Notes: generated from the sequence alone by a model not told the origin. Counted from the stretch's first letter, positions 25,130 to 38,115 are shown. The stretch is DNA of 64,000 nt from Hemiscyllium ocellatum (GCF_020745735.1 NC_083438.1:38421949-38485948), one strand, 5' to 3'. A program made the numbers and translations.

Positions 25130-25420
25130 GTGTGCATGCTTGTGTGTGCACATAACATGTGTACATGTGTGTGCACATATGTATGTATGCACATGTGTAT
25201 GCATATGTGTGTCCATGTGCTTGTGTGCATACATGTGTGTGAATGTGCATGTGAATGTGAATATGTGAGCGCATGAGAATGTGTGTACATGGGTGAGCAT
25301 GTGTTTGTGTGTGTGCATGTCTGAGTGTGTGTGTGTGTGAGAGCATATGTGTGTGAGAGCATATGTGTGTGTATGTAAGCATGTGTGAATGTGTGTGTAT
25401 CTGTGCATGAGTATATGTGC

Positions 25421-25451
<31 letters not shown>

Positions 25452-25500
25452 TGTGAGTGTGTGTGTGTGCGTGTGTGTGTGTGCATGCGCGCGCATGCAT
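25130..25500. repeat. Imperfect (TG)n microsatellite
   Basis: Compound TG/TA/CA run; source of the His/Thr-rich pseudo-ORFs. Confidence 0.95.
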
Positions 25501-26309
25501 GTGGGTCTGCAGGGGGTGAGGTCTAAAGTATCCTGAGGAGTAGGTGGGATTACAGTAGATTGCAATCAGAAGTGAGCTCTTGTGAATTGTTGAGGGAGCA
25601 TTCCGGCTACATTTCAGCTCCACATCAAGGTTACTGGTGAAATTCTTGGTTAGTGAGTACTTGATGCTTTGAATGAGGCTTCATTGGTAGAAATGTTGGG
25701 CACCATGTCTTTAATCGGGTTCAGGTGCAGTGTATCCACCCCCTAATGTTACAACAAGAGTAGACAGTTTCTCCTACCCCTCCATGTGAGCTGGGAGACC
25801 CAGGGTCCAGTCCTACCACATGGCTGTGTTGCACAGTCTCTCTGCTTGGCTCGGATGATGTCCACGTTGAAGGTGAAGTTGCCACCTGCACGTTGCCCTC
25901 TATCGACCGTAACAAGGGATGGTTCTTGTGGTGATTGGAATGAGCTTAGCCAGGGATACCTCAGAGAGTCTGAGTTCCCTGACTGGGGCTGCCAACCTGG
26001 GTCCAATTGGGGAGCACTGCCTGGCTGTGTCTGGGGGGCTCTGTTCACTCTGAGTGATGACTCTGTGGGAGCTGGATCAGTGTCACGCACTCTCCCCATG
26101 TCAGTAATGGGGGACTTGGTGACCGGATATTGGCTTCAGTGGTGTTATTTCAGAAACCCCAGTGCTGGAGAGTATTGAGAAAATCCTCCTTCCACAGCCC
26201 AACAATGGCTACGTTTCTCACTTCCCAAATTACCCCTTAACTCTGTCTCATGCCTTCTCCAATCAGTTGGGTTCTTTGAAAAGATGTCTCTCTTTAACAC
26301 CATCCTATG

Positions 26310-27270
26310 TGTCTGGCATGGGGGTAAACCCTCCTGTTTAATTTAAAACCAGCCACACAGAACATATTTATCCCATGAAATAATCTGTAAGATTTGGAGT
26401 GGCCAATAAAGATTTAAAGTAAAAATTAACAACTTTGTTACTTAAAGTATAACAGAGACTAATTAGCTAACAACTATGTACAAGTCCTTACTCTAACCTA
26501 TGTTTTACCTTTCCTTCTATAACACTAATCTGATAAAACTCCCAATTAATACTTACAAATTAACATTTCTTATTTCTTTTCTCCTTGTTAGGAATCTCTG
26601 CATCACAGGTTACTGGTCGAAAAAGTACTTTTAAGAGAGTTTGTTTTAAAGCAGTCTTTGTTACATGCTAGGACTTGGAAGCTCTCCTCTCAACTGTTCA
26701 ATTGTCTCCTGGTCTTATTCACAGATTGTGTCATGGGCTTTTAAGATTGTCGGTGCACTCGGTTCAAACTTTTTTTTGGATTAGATTAGATTACTTACAG
26801 TGTGGAAACAGGCCCTTCGGCCCAACAAGTCCACACCGACCCACCGAAGCGAAACCCACCCATACCCCTACATTTGCCCCTTACCTAACACTACGGGCAA
26901 TTTAGCATGGCCAATTCACCTGACCCGCACATTTTTGGAGTGTGGCAGGAAATCGGAGCACCCGGAGGAAACCCACGCAGACACGGGGAGAACGTGCAAA
27001 CTCCACACAGTCAGTCGCCTGAGGCGGGAGTTGAACCCGGGTCTCTGGCGCTGTGAGGCAGCAGTGCTAACCACTGTGCCACCGTGCATTTGGTGTTTTC
27101 TCGGGGTATAGTTTGAACTGATTGGCCGAATTTGAATTATTTTTTGTCTCTTGGCAGCGAACTACTCGAGTTGTTCGACCCAGCGTTGACTTCTTGAGAA
27201 CGCTTGGTGCTGTGTCCAGTAGTTATGCTGTTTTTAACTATCTTAAAGGTACATCCACATCTTCATAACA
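26310..27270 (-). mobile_element. 3' LTR (interrupted by a SINE at 26780-27087)
   Basis: Aligns with 30648-32411; preceded on the minus strand by a polypurine tract. Confidence 0.75.
26780..27087 (-). mobile_element. Near full-length HE1-type SINE nested in the LTR
   Basis: Tail, core and head are all present. Confidence 0.9.
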
Positions 27271-28019
27271 CCTCACCCCTTAAGAAAAAATGAACCATTA
27301 TAATGAAAAGATGGCTTCTTTTTTTTCTACCTTTTAAACACATTACCCTAATATACTGATAACTTTCATATAGGTTCACCTTAACTTCTGTCCATCTACC
27401 AATATCTATATATCTATATCAAAACCCTTCTTTTTAAAGTTACATTCTCAGGTTAGCTGTTAACAATGGTGATAGCTAAACAATATGTTGAAGGTGTTAG
27501 CCCTCGTGTTCTCTGTCTATGAGCTGATGTTTAGATTGATTCTAATCTAAAAAAGTGAGATAAGTGTTTTACATAAATTCATGCAGTTTTTGAGCTCAGA
27601 GTTCTACATGAATGTATGCAGTTTTTGAGCAAAGTGCAATGTCTGGGGTGGGGGGTTGTGAGTGTGAGAAAGTGTCTGTGTGTGTGTGTGTGTGTGTGTG
27701 TAGTGAGTGCAAAGTGTCTGATGTCTGTGAGGGGGTGCATGTGTGAGGGTGTGTGTCTATAAGGGTGTGTGCGGGTGTCTGTGTGTACCTGTGTCCGTGT
27801 GTATGTGAGAGTGTGTGTGTGTTAACCATAACACCTCCTGTCTGTCTGCTACTGACAACACAGTCTGGTGCCCTTCGGCCCATGTCCCCTCTGCACTAAT
27901 CTGCCGTGGTCTCCATTTCCATCTGAGGAGTCTATCTTTCAGATAATAACCCTCCCTCCAGAATATTCTCTGTCTCCTTTGTGGGGTACACATCCATGTA
28001 TATATCTTTTCTCATCTTG

Positions 28020-29830
28020 CCTTACTGTTGCAGGTCTCTTAGCCTTTCAGGCCTGAACACTTCTGTCTGACCCTCTGCCTGTTCAGGTTTTTCCTGTACC
28101 ATTACGTCAAACAGGGTATCCGCTAACTGAACCTCAACTCCTTCACCTTTCTCGTCACTTTTTGCTTCGTACGGTGAAGTACGATCGAGCGATCTGGTCA
28201 CGACACAGTCTGGGAAAATACCCGGATATTTCTGTTTTAACTCCTCAGTTTCTTGGTCTTCTTCACAACAAAGGGGTGTCACTCCCACCTTGGATCCTGC
28301 CAAATCATTCCCAATAGCAGACTGGATTCCTGGAGCTGACACTCAGTCAATCACTCCTGTTGTAACGTCCTCAGCACTCCAACCTGATCTTACACAGGGG
28401 AGCGCTAAATTTCTGCCCATCTGTCCCACAAATTACCACACCCTTGGGTAACAGAACAGGACGAATGCATATTTGCTCGTCCCTCACTTTCAGTGACTGG
28501 TTCGAACCTGTATCTCTCAAAATTCTAACTTCTTGTCCTTCTCCCCCTGTTCTTTCTGACTAAACTTTACCCAGAGAGGTGAATTCTTTGTCGAGATCAG
28601 GCACTAACTCCATACCCAGCCCCTGCCTGGGCTGTGCGCTCTCCTGCAGCTCCTCAGCTCCTCTTGGGGTCTCCTTTACTACCTTCCCTAACGCTCCTTT
28701 TGCCACATCTTTTCCCACAGCGCCTTTCTTTAACGACCAGCACTGTGTCTTTATGTGTCCCACCTTCGGGCTGTGAAAACACCTTTTCCCAGTGCCCCTC
28801 TGAAACCACCAGGACTGTCATTTTCTGTGTCCCACTCCATTACAGTGAAAACTCCTGACACCTTTCACCTCCTGTCCACCCTGTTAGGCTGCTTTTTTGT
28901 CCTGTGGTAAATTCTTACCAGTGCTCTCTACTCTTGGTTTCGTAGTGTAGGATCTCCCCTTCTCCCCACTTCTATCCCTCACAGGACGAAATTCTGGCTG
29001 GAAGCTTGACTAATGCCCCAACATTTATTCATCTGCTAATTCTGCTGCCCTCCTCACTTCCTGTTCCTCCACACGAATTCTTACCATCTCTGGAGGTGAG
29101 GTTTTGAACTCCTCCAGCAGAATAATCTCTCTGAGAGCCTCAAAGGTCCTATCTATTTACAAAGCACACACCCATTGATCAAAATGACTATGTTTAATTC
29201 TTTCAAACTCAACATAAGTCTGTCCCGGTTCCTTCTTTGTGATTCTGAACTGCTGTCTATATGCTTCTGTAACCAATTCATAAGCACTTAAAATAACCTG
29301 TTTAACCTCGTCAAAATCTCTTGATCCCTCATCTGACAGTGCGACAAATATCTCACTGGCTCTGCCGACCAGTTGAGTCTGAACTAGCGTTTCCCATAAA
29401 TTCTCGGATCACTCCAAATTTTCACATGAAATAAAGAACGCTTCAGCATCTTTCTCATCAAAATGGGGCAGAGTTTTGACATATTTCGATATTATCACTA
29501 TCTTCTATTTTAATCTCCTTCCTGTTAACTTGACTTTGCTAAGTCACAACTTCTCAAGTTCAACTTATCTCTTCCTTTCACCCTCTTTTCTCTCTCTTCT
29601 CTCTCTCTCTCTTTCTCTCTCGCTTTCTTCTCTATCTCTCTCTCTTTGCTCAGCCAACAACCCCCCTCTCTCGCTCTTCTCTCTCTCTTCTGTCTCTCCT
29701 TCCCTTTCTCTCTCTCTCTCTCTCCCCCCCTTTCCCCTCTCTCTCTGTTTATCTTCCAACTCCATTTTCCTCAATTGTAATTTAATTTTTTCTATTTCTG
29801 CTGCACTTGTTTGTTTCTCTAACATACCTA
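28020..29830 (-). pseudogene. Decayed Gypsy gag-protease
   Basis: LPHFDEKDAEAFF..QLVGRASE..ILSAYELVTEAYRQQFR..IILLEEFK (gag capsid/SCAN-like); CFHSPKVGHIKTQC (knuckle, second Cys lost); ILRDTGSNQSL near 28500-28525 (retropepsin); GNDLAGSKV..CVVTRS. Contains stops and frameshifts. Confidence 0.85.
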
Positions 29831-29855
29831 AGTGTTTTGAGTAATTCCCTTACAA

Positions 29856-30063
29856 GGAGAAAGTGAGGACTGCAGATGCTGGAGATCAGAGCTGAAAATG
29901 TCTTGCTGGAAAAGCGCAGCAGGTCAGGCAGCATCCAAGGAGCAGGAGAATCGACGTTTCAGGCATAAGCCCTGAAGAAGGGCTCATGCCCGAAACATCG
30001 ATTCTCCTGCTCTTTGGATGCTGCCTGACCTGCTGCGCTTTTCCAGCAACACATTTTCAGAGC
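29856..30063. mobile_element. Fold-back PLE terminal-repeat insertion with perfect 14-bp TSD
   Basis: TSD taattcccttacaa at 29842-29855 and 30064-30077; ~65-90 bp inverted arms; hammerhead-like centre. Confidence 0.85.
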
Positions 30064-30294
30064 TAATTCCCTTACAAATCAGTTTTACTGGTTAATCCCA
30101 AAACTAAATTCTTTGCTAATTCTAAAATAATGGTCTTTTTCTTTCCTTCTAAGTTTTCTTGGCAAATTTGAGAATGATCTTCAAATCCCAGAACCGCTGT
30201 TGCAATTTTAAGAGCCTTTCCTCTCACTTTTAATTTAATTAATCACAAGTCACTGAACTTCAACAAATTGTCTCACCTACATTTCATTTAAAGA

Positions 30295-30530
30295 TCTGTG
30301 TGGAGTTTGCACGTTCTCCCCGTGTCTGTGTGGGTTTCCTCCGGGTGCTCCGGTTTCCTCCCACAGTCCAAAGATGTGCAGGTTAGGTGAATTGGCCATG
30401 CTAAATTGCCTGTAGTGTTAGGTAAGGGGTAAATGTAGGGGTATGGGTGGGTTGCGCTTCGGCGGGCTGGTGTGGACTTGTTGGGCTGAAGGGCCTGTTT
30501 CCACATTGTAAGTAATCTAATCTAACCTAT
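30295..30530 (+). mobile_element. HE1-type SINE, head truncated
   Basis: Core through to the TAATC tail. Confidence 0.88.
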
Positions 30531-30647
30531 AAAGTAATCTAATCTAATCTGTGACACTAACCTGCAAGTGGGTAAATCTGTTGGGATTTTTCGTACCCCC
30601 AAATCCAATCAAATCTGTTTAAACCAATTCAAATCACAGACCCAAAT

Positions 30648-32411
30648 TGTTACAACACAGGGTAAAGCCTCCTGCATAATTTAAACCCAGCAACACAGAA
30701 ATGATTTATCCCATGCAGTAACCAGTAAAAATATGAGTGATTTGAGAATGGGGTAAAGTAAAAATTAGCAACTTTATTTCTGAAAGCATAACAGAGAATA
30801 GTCACAGAGATGTACAGCACGGAAACAGACCCTTCGGTCCAACCTGTCCATGCCAACCCAGATATCCCAACCCAATCTAGTCCCACCTGCCAGCACCCGG
30901 CCCATATCCCTCCAAACCCTTCCTGTTCATATACCCATCCAGATGCCTCTTAAATGTTGCAGTTGTACCTCCACCACTTCCTCTTGCAGCTCATTCCATA
31001 CACGTACCACCCTCTGTGTGAAAAAGTTGCCCCTTAGGTCTCTTTTATATCTTTCCCCTCTCACCCTAAACCTATGCCCCTCTAGTTCTGGACTCCCCCA
31101 CCCCATGGAAAAGACTTTGCCTATTTACCCTATCCATGCCCCTCATAATTTAGTAAACCCCTATAAGGTCACCCCTCAGCCTCCGACGTTCCAGGGAAAA
31201 CAGCCCCAGCCTGTTCAGCCTCTCCCTGTAGCTCAGACCCTCCAACCCTGGCAACATCCTTGTGAATCTTTTCTGAACCCTTTCAAGTTTCACAACATCT
31301 TTCCAATAGGAAGGAGACCAGAATTGCACACAATATTCCAACAGTGGCCTAACCAATGTCCTGTACAGCCGCAACATGACCTCCCAACTCCTGTATTCAA
31401 TACTCTGACCAATAAAGGGAAGCATACCAAGCACCTTCTTCACTATCCTATCTACCTGTGACTCCACTTTCAAGGAGCTATGAACCTGCACTCCAAGGTC
31501 TCTTTGTTCAGCAACACTCCCTAGGACCTTACCATTTAGTGTATAAGTCCTGCTAAGATTTGCTTTCCCAAAGTGCAGTACCTCACATTTATCTGAATTA
31601 AACTTCATCTGCCACTTCTCAGCCCATTGGCCCATCTGGTCCAGATCCTGTTGTAATCTGAGGAAACCCTCTTCGCTGCCCACTACACCTCCAATTTTGG
31701 TCTCATTTGCAAACTTACTAGCTGTACCTCTTATGCTCGCATCCAAATCATTTATGTAAATGACAAAAAGTAGAGGACCCAGCATCGATCCTTATGGCAC
31801 TCCACTGGTCACAGGCCTCCAGTCTGAAAAACAACCCTCCACCACCACCCTCTGTCTTCTACAACTGTCTTTACTCTAACCCATCTTTTACCTTCCCTTC
31901 TATCATATTAGACTGATAAAACTCCCAATTAAGATTTACAAAACAACATTTCTTATCTCAAAACCAGGCAGCTGTAGGTTTTTGTCTTCGGATCTTCCCG
32001 TGTCTTCTTTTCTCCTTGTTAGGAATTCCTGCATCACAGGTTACTGATCGAAAGGGAGATATTTAAGAGAGTTTTTTTAAGCAGTCTGTTACATGCTAGG
32101 ACTTGGCAGTTCTCCTCTCAACTGTTCAATTTTGCCCCGGTCTTATACCCCAGGGCACTTGAATGTGTCATTGGCTTTTAAGATTTTCAATATACTCAAT
32201 TCAAACTTGATTGGAAATTGGTATTCTTTTCGGGATATAATTTAAACCGATTGGCCGAATTTGAATTTGATTTTTTTTGTGTCCATGCAATGACCTAATT
32301 GAGTTGTTCAACCCAGTATTATATTGTTGCCTTGTTGAGAATGCTTGGTGTTGTATCCAGTAGTTCTGCTGCTTTTAACTCTCTTAAAGGTGCACCTATA
32401 TCTTCAAAACA
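30648..32411 (-). mobile_element. 5' LTR (interrupted by a CR1 at 30793-31862)
   Basis: TGTTACA at 30648; LTR sequence resumes at ~31865 and ends cttcaaaaca at 32411. Confidence 0.75.
30793..31862 (-). mobile_element. CR1 LINE, 5'-truncated (RT C-terminal half)
   Basis: LGPLLFVIYINDLD..FANETKIGG..YCVQFWSP..VQKRFTRMLPG (ORF 31150-31785) plus 3' UTR. Confidence 0.92.
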
Positions 32412-32673
32412 TATTATCGCCATGACAGAGTTTTACTCCCCTGAGACTCCTTTCTACTCCCATACACTGAATACACTCCCCTTGCCTGCATGGTAACCTC
32501 TGGTCTACGACAACACTCTTTCTCCTGCCCAACGCAAGCCCCCTTGTGCCTGAAGAAGGGTCACTGGACCCCAAGCGTTAACTCTGCTTTGTCTCCACAG
32601 ATGCTGCAGTTTTTCCCAGGTAGACAGGCAGGAAGAACACAGCAAGCCAGGCAGCATCAGGAGCTGGAGAAAT

Positions 32674-33458
32674 TGTTACAATGCAGTGGTGAACCCTTCT
32701 GTTAATTAAACCAAACACCCAGAAAAGCTCACCTCACCTCGTAATCTGTCAACGTATGAGAGACAGAGAACTCCCAAATTCCACTATTTAAAGAAGAAAA
32801 TAAATTTATTCTTGAACTCTAAAAGTGAACATTAAACAACAACTGTTTACAACTCTAAACCCCCTCTTTCTCTTAACTGCTTGTTACCTTCCTCCAACTC
32901 CCTAACAATATGCTGTTCCAATAAAACACTTACTAAAATTACAACAACTTAATTTCAAAACCACACAGCAGCTGCCGGCTTTGGTGTCTATCTTCTCCCA
33001 GCTGAGATCTCCCTGGGTCGTCTTCTTTCTTTTTTCTGTGAAGATGTTTCATATGAAAAGGTACCTTGATAGAGTACGTTCCAGATAGCAATTGCTCTGT
33101 CAATGGCATTTGCACTACTGATGACAGTTACTCTCTCAATTATAGTAACTCTGTCTAACTTTCAAACTGCCTGCCTTATTATCCCCCTAACATCAGATCA
33201 TCTCCTTGGTTCGATGTTGGCAAAACAATAAATTCAAGCTAAATTGGGTTTTACTATCTTGGGGCATAATTTAAACTGGTTGGTTAAATTTGGATTGATG
33301 TCAAAATAGCAACCAACTCAGGTCCTCATTTCTCAGCTAAATGTTACATATTTTCAATTTTCCACTACTCTCTGAGACTGCTAGCTAGTCATTTGTTAGG
33401 TGCTTGTAAGCTCACAGTGCAAAACATCATACACTCTGTCTTAAAGCTACAGTACATA
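32674..33458. mobile_element. Solo LTR of a related family
   Basis: Starts TGTTACA; shares gggcataatttaaactggttgg and tgtcttaaagctac blocks with the other LTRs but is more diverged. Confidence 0.6.
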
Positions 33459-33464
33459 CCATAA

Positions 33465-35290
33465 GGCTATAAGACATAGGAGTGGAAGTAAGGCCAGTCG
33501 GCCCATCGAGTCCACTCCGCCATTTAATCATGGCTGATGGGCATTTCAACTCCACTTACCTGCATTCTCCCCGTAGCCCTTAATTCCTTGTGACATCAAG
33601 AATATATCAATCTCTGCCTTGAAGACATTTAGGGTCCCAGCCTCCACTGCACTCTGTGGCAATGAATTCCACAGGCCCACCACTCGCTGGCTGAAGAAAT
33701 GTCTCCGCATTTCTGTTCTGAATTGACCCCCTCTCATTCTAAGGCTGTGTCTACGGGTTCTAGTCTCCTCGCCTAACGGAAACAATTTCCTAGCGTCCAC
33801 CCTTTCGAAGTCACGTATTATCTTGTAAGTTTCTATTAGATCTCCCCTTAATCTTCTAAACTCCAATGAATCCAATCCCAGGATCCTCAGCCGTTCCTCG
33901 TATGTTAGACCTACCATTCCAGGGATCATCCGTGTGAATCTCCGCTGGACACGCTCCAGTGCCAGTATGTCCTTCCTGAGGTGTGGGGACCAAAACTGGA
34001 CACAGTACTCCAAATGGGGCCTAACCAGAGCTTTATAAAGTCTCAGGAGCACAACGGTGCTTTTATATTCCAACCCTCTTGAGATAAATGACAACATTGC
34101 ATTCCCTTTCTTAATCACGGACTCAACCTGCATGTTTACCTTTAGAGAATCCTTGACTAGCACTCCCAGATCCCTTTGTACTTTGGCTTTATGTATTTTC
34201 TCACCATTTAGAAAGTAGTCCATGCTTGTATTCTTTTTTCCAAAGTGCAAGACCTCGCATTTGCTCACATTGAATTCCATCAGCCATTTCCTGGACCACT
34301 CTCCCAACCTGTCTAGATCCTTCTGTAGCCTCCCCACTTCCTCAGTACTACCTGCCTGTCCACCTAACTTCGTATCATCGGCAAACTTCACTAGAAAGCC
34401 CCCAGTCCCTTCATCCAGATCATTAACATATAATGTGAACAGCTGCGACCCCAACACTGAACCCTGCGGGACACCACTCGTCACCGGCTGCCATTCCGAA
34501 AAAGAACCTTTTATCCCAACTCTCTGCCTTCTGTTAGACAGCCAATCCTCAATCCATCCCAGTAGCTCACCTTGAACACCATGGGCCCTCACCTTGCTCA
34601 GCAGCCTCCCGTGTGGCACCTTATCAAAGGCCTTTTGGAAGTCTAGATAGACCACATCCACTGGGTTTCCCTGGTCTAACCTACTTGTCACCTCTTCAAA
34701 GAATTCCAGCAGGTTTGTCAGGCATGACCTCCCCTTACTAAATCCATGTTGACTTGTTCTAATCCGACTCTGAAATCCCAAGAATTTAGAAACCTCATCC
34801 TTAATGATGGATTCTAGAATTTTACCAACAACCGAGGTTAGGCTAATTGGCCTATAATTTTCCATCTTTTGTCTTGATCCTTTCTTGAACAAGGGGGTTA
34901 CAACAGCGATCTTCCAATCATCCGGGACCTTTCCTGACTCCAGTGACTCTTGAAAGATCTCAACCAATGTCCCCGCGATTTCCTCAGCCACCTCCCTCAG
35001 AACTCTAGGATGTAACCCATCAGGGCCAGGAGATTTATCAATTTTAAGACCTTTTAGCTTTTCTTGCACTATCTCTTTTGTAACTGCAACCATACACAAC
35101 TCAACCTCGTGACTCCATTTAATTGTTGGGATATTACTCATGTCTTCCACTGTGAGGACTGATGCAAGGTACTTGTTAAGTTCTCCTGCTATTTCCTTAT
35201 CTCCCATCACGAGGCTTCCAGCATCGGTTTGAAGTGGCCCGATGTCTACTTTTGCCTGTCATTTGTTTCTTATGTATTGTGTATGTACCT
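33465..35290 (-). mobile_element. CR1 LINE, 5'-truncated, uninterrupted 554-aa RT ORF (33546-35210)
   Basis: KSPGPDG, YRPISLTS, LDFQKAFDKVPH, SGVPQGSVLG, FADDTKL; ORF runs to a natural stop with 3' UTR; no endonuclease domain. Confidence 0.95.
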
Positions 35291-35335
35291 TCACCTTCAA
35301 ACAAGGTCAACGTTTCGAGTGTAAATTCGCCACTT

Positions 35336-36210
35336 CCTGATGCTGCCTGCCTTGCTGTGTTCCCCCAGCCTCCTGCCTGTCCCTCCTGATGCTGCCTGCC
35401 TTGCTGTGTTCCCCCAGCCTCCTGCCTGTCCCTCCTGATGCTGCCTGCCTTGCTGTGCTCCCCCAGCCTCCTGCCTGTCCCTCCTGATGCTGCCTGCCTT
35501 GCTGTGTTCTCCCAGCCTCCTGCCTGTCCCTCCTGGTGCTGCCTGCCTTGCTGTGTTCCCCCAGCCTCCTGCCTGTCCCTCCTGGTGCTGCCTGCCTTGC
35601 TGTGTTCCCCCAGCCTCCTGCCTGTCCCTCCTGATGCTGCCTGCCTTGCTGTGTTCTCCCAGCCTCCTGCCTGTCCCTCCTGATGCTGCCTGCCTTGCTG
35701 TGTTCCCCCTGCCTCCTGCCTGTCCCTCCTGATGCTGCCTGCCTTGCTGTGTTCCCCCAGCCTCCTGCCTGTCCCTCCTGATGCTGCCTGCCTTGCTGTG
35801 TTCCCCAGCCTCCTGCCTGTCCCTCCTGATGCTGCCTGGCTTGCTATGTTCTCCCAGCCTCCTGCCTGTCCCTCCTGATGCTGCCTGCCTTGCTATGTTC
35901 TCCCACCCACCTGCCTGTCCCCCCTGATGCTGCCTGGCTTGCTGTGTTCTCCCAGCCTCCTGCCTGTCCCTCCTGATGCTGCCTGCCTTGCTGTGTTCCC
36001 CCAGCCTCCTGCCTGTCCCTCCTGATGCTGCCTGCCTTGCTGTGTTCCCCCAGCCTCCTGCCTGTCCCTCCTGATGCTGCCTGCCTTGCTGTGTTCCCCC
36101 AGCCTCCTGCCTGTCCCTCCTGATGCTGCCTGCCTTGCTGTGTTCCCCCAGCCTCCTGCCTGTCCCTCCTGATGCTGCCTGCCTTGCTGTGTTCTCCCAT
36201 CCTCCTGCCT
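35336..36210. repeat. 49-bp minisatellite (~18 units)
   Basis: Unit cctgatgctgcctgccttgctgtgttcccccagcctcctgcctgtccct; ORF starts at 35438 and 35487 confirm period 49. Confidence 0.95.
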
Positions 36211-36214
36211 GAAC

Positions 36215-37290
36215 TTAGAATCCCTATAGCACGTAAACATGCTAGAAGGCCCAGTAAGTCCTAACTGACTCTCCTAAGAGTATCCCACCCAGATCCATTC
36301 CCCTACATTCACCCCTGACTAATGCACGCAAACCTGCACATCCTGGGCACTATGGTACACTTTCCCATGGCCAATCCACCCTAACCTGCACATACCTGGG
36401 CACTATGGTACACTTTCCCATGGCCAATCCACCCTAACCTGCACATCCCTGGGCACTATGGGACAATTCCCCATGGCCAATCCACCCCAACCTGCACATC
36501 CCTGGGCACTATGGGACAATTTCCCATGGCCAATCCACCCTAACCTGCACATCCCTGGGCACTATGGTACACTTTCCCATGGCCAATCCACCCTAACCTG
36601 CACATCCCTGGGCACTATGGGACACTTTCCCATGGCCAATCCACCCTAACCTGCACATCCCTGGGCACTATGGGACAATTTCCCATGGCCAATCCATCCT
36701 AACTTGCACATCCTTGGGCACGATGGGACAATTTCCCATGGCCAATCCATCCTAACCTGCACATCCCCGGGCACTATGGGACAATTTCCCATGGCCAATC
36801 CACCCTAACCTGCACACCCTGGGCACTATGGGACAATTTCCCATGGCCAATCCACCTTAACCTGCACATCCCTGGAACCAATGGGACAATTTCCCATGGC
36901 CAATCCACCCTAACCTGCACATCCCTGGGCACTATGGGACAATTCCCCATGGCCAATCCACCCTGACCTGCACATCCCTGGGCACTATGGGACAATTTCC
37001 CATGGCCAATCCACCCTGACCTGCACATCCCTGGGCACTATGGGACAATTTCCCATGGCCAATCCACCCTGACCTGCACATCCCTGGGCACTATGGGACA
37101 ATTTCCCATGACCAATCCATCCTGCCCTGCACATGTTCGGACTGTGGGAGGAAACCGGAGCACTCAGAGGAAGCCCACACAGACACGAGGAGAATGTGCA
37201 AACTCCACACAGACAGTCACCCTAGGGTGGGATCGGACCTGGTTCCCTGGTGCCACGAAGCAGCAGGTGCTAACCACTGAGCCTCCGTGC
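36215..37290 (-). mobile_element. HE1-type SINE with internal 53-bp array (~15 units, 36330-37130)
   Basis: Tail, array, core and head in order. Confidence 0.85.
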
Positions 37291-37821
37291 AAAATTAATA
37301 CACTTTAATGTGTAGCTAATTTAGAATCTTAATCTACTTTAAACATATATGGAGAAACTGTTGAACAAATATATTACCTTAAACTACTCTGCCACCTGAT
37401 GGTGTGTGAGGAGGACTTTGCTGCCTTCTGGGTAATCAGAGCTGGTGAACAAACACCGGCCCACCCCGTGACAACCATATCCTGTGATTTAATTGGAAGC
37501 TCCAGGTTGGGAGCTGTGCTGGAAATGGCTTGAACTGGGTTGATTTATAAACATCTGTAAGTGAGCCATGCCACCTTGCTTACTCTTCAGCAGTTTGGGG
37601 GTAATGTCTCCAGCTCTGGGCCAGGAGTCGAAGGTTCAAGTCCCAGCATGCTCCAGTGGTGTGCAGGACCATTTCTGAATCAGGATGATGAGGAAACCCT
37701 CACCCACGATTACATCGGCCTGGAAATGGAATTGGAGCAGGTCGCTGTTGCTGTTTTAATGTGAAGGATCACTCTTTGATGGAAGCAGACATTGAACTAA
37801 TTTCCTGTTTATCCCTGACAG

Positions 37822-38115
37822 CGGTTCCCACCAACACAGCGACATCGGTCCCAGCAAAGGCTGGACTCTCCGAGGTCCCTGTGGCTCAGTGTATTGCGGC
37901 CTTTGGGAAACCAGCAGCAGATATCACCTGGAAATCCAGTCTCCATGGGAACCACACCACCATCCAGACGGCCAACAGCAACGGGACAGTGACTGTCAGC
38001 AGCCTGTACAAGCTGAGACCACGTCGTTCAGACAATGGTCAAACTGTGGCGTGTTTTATCACTCACCCAGCAACAGACAGCAGCAAGACATACCGCTTAC
38101 AACTGGAGATCTCCT
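37822..38115 (+). CDS. Nectin/PVR-family gene, exon 3 (IgC2 domain)
   Basis: Acceptor ..ccctgacag, donor GTAAGT at 38116, 294 nt, phase 1-1. VAQCIAAFGKPAADITW..NGTVTVSSLYKLRP..CFITHPA matches the nectin second-domain pattern. Confidence 0.93.

Larger units (their letters stand above)
26310..32411 (-). mobile_element. Gypsy (Gmr1-like) LTR retrotransposon, internally deleted, with nested insertions
   Basis: Paired LTRs at 26310-27270 and 30648-32411 with TG..CA ends; PPT AAGGGGTGAGG abuts the 3' LTR at 27271-81; flanks tatg/tatt (3 of 4 match); gag and protease remnants between the LTRs. Confidence 0.8.

Noticed and set aside
24819-25623. His/Thr-rich long ORFs
   Set aside because: (CA)n microsatellite translation running through an N gap.
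30590-30647. Primer-binding site after the 5' LTR
   Set aside because: ATTTGGG follows the LTR end but the rest does not convincingly match a tRNA 3' end; too decayed to call.
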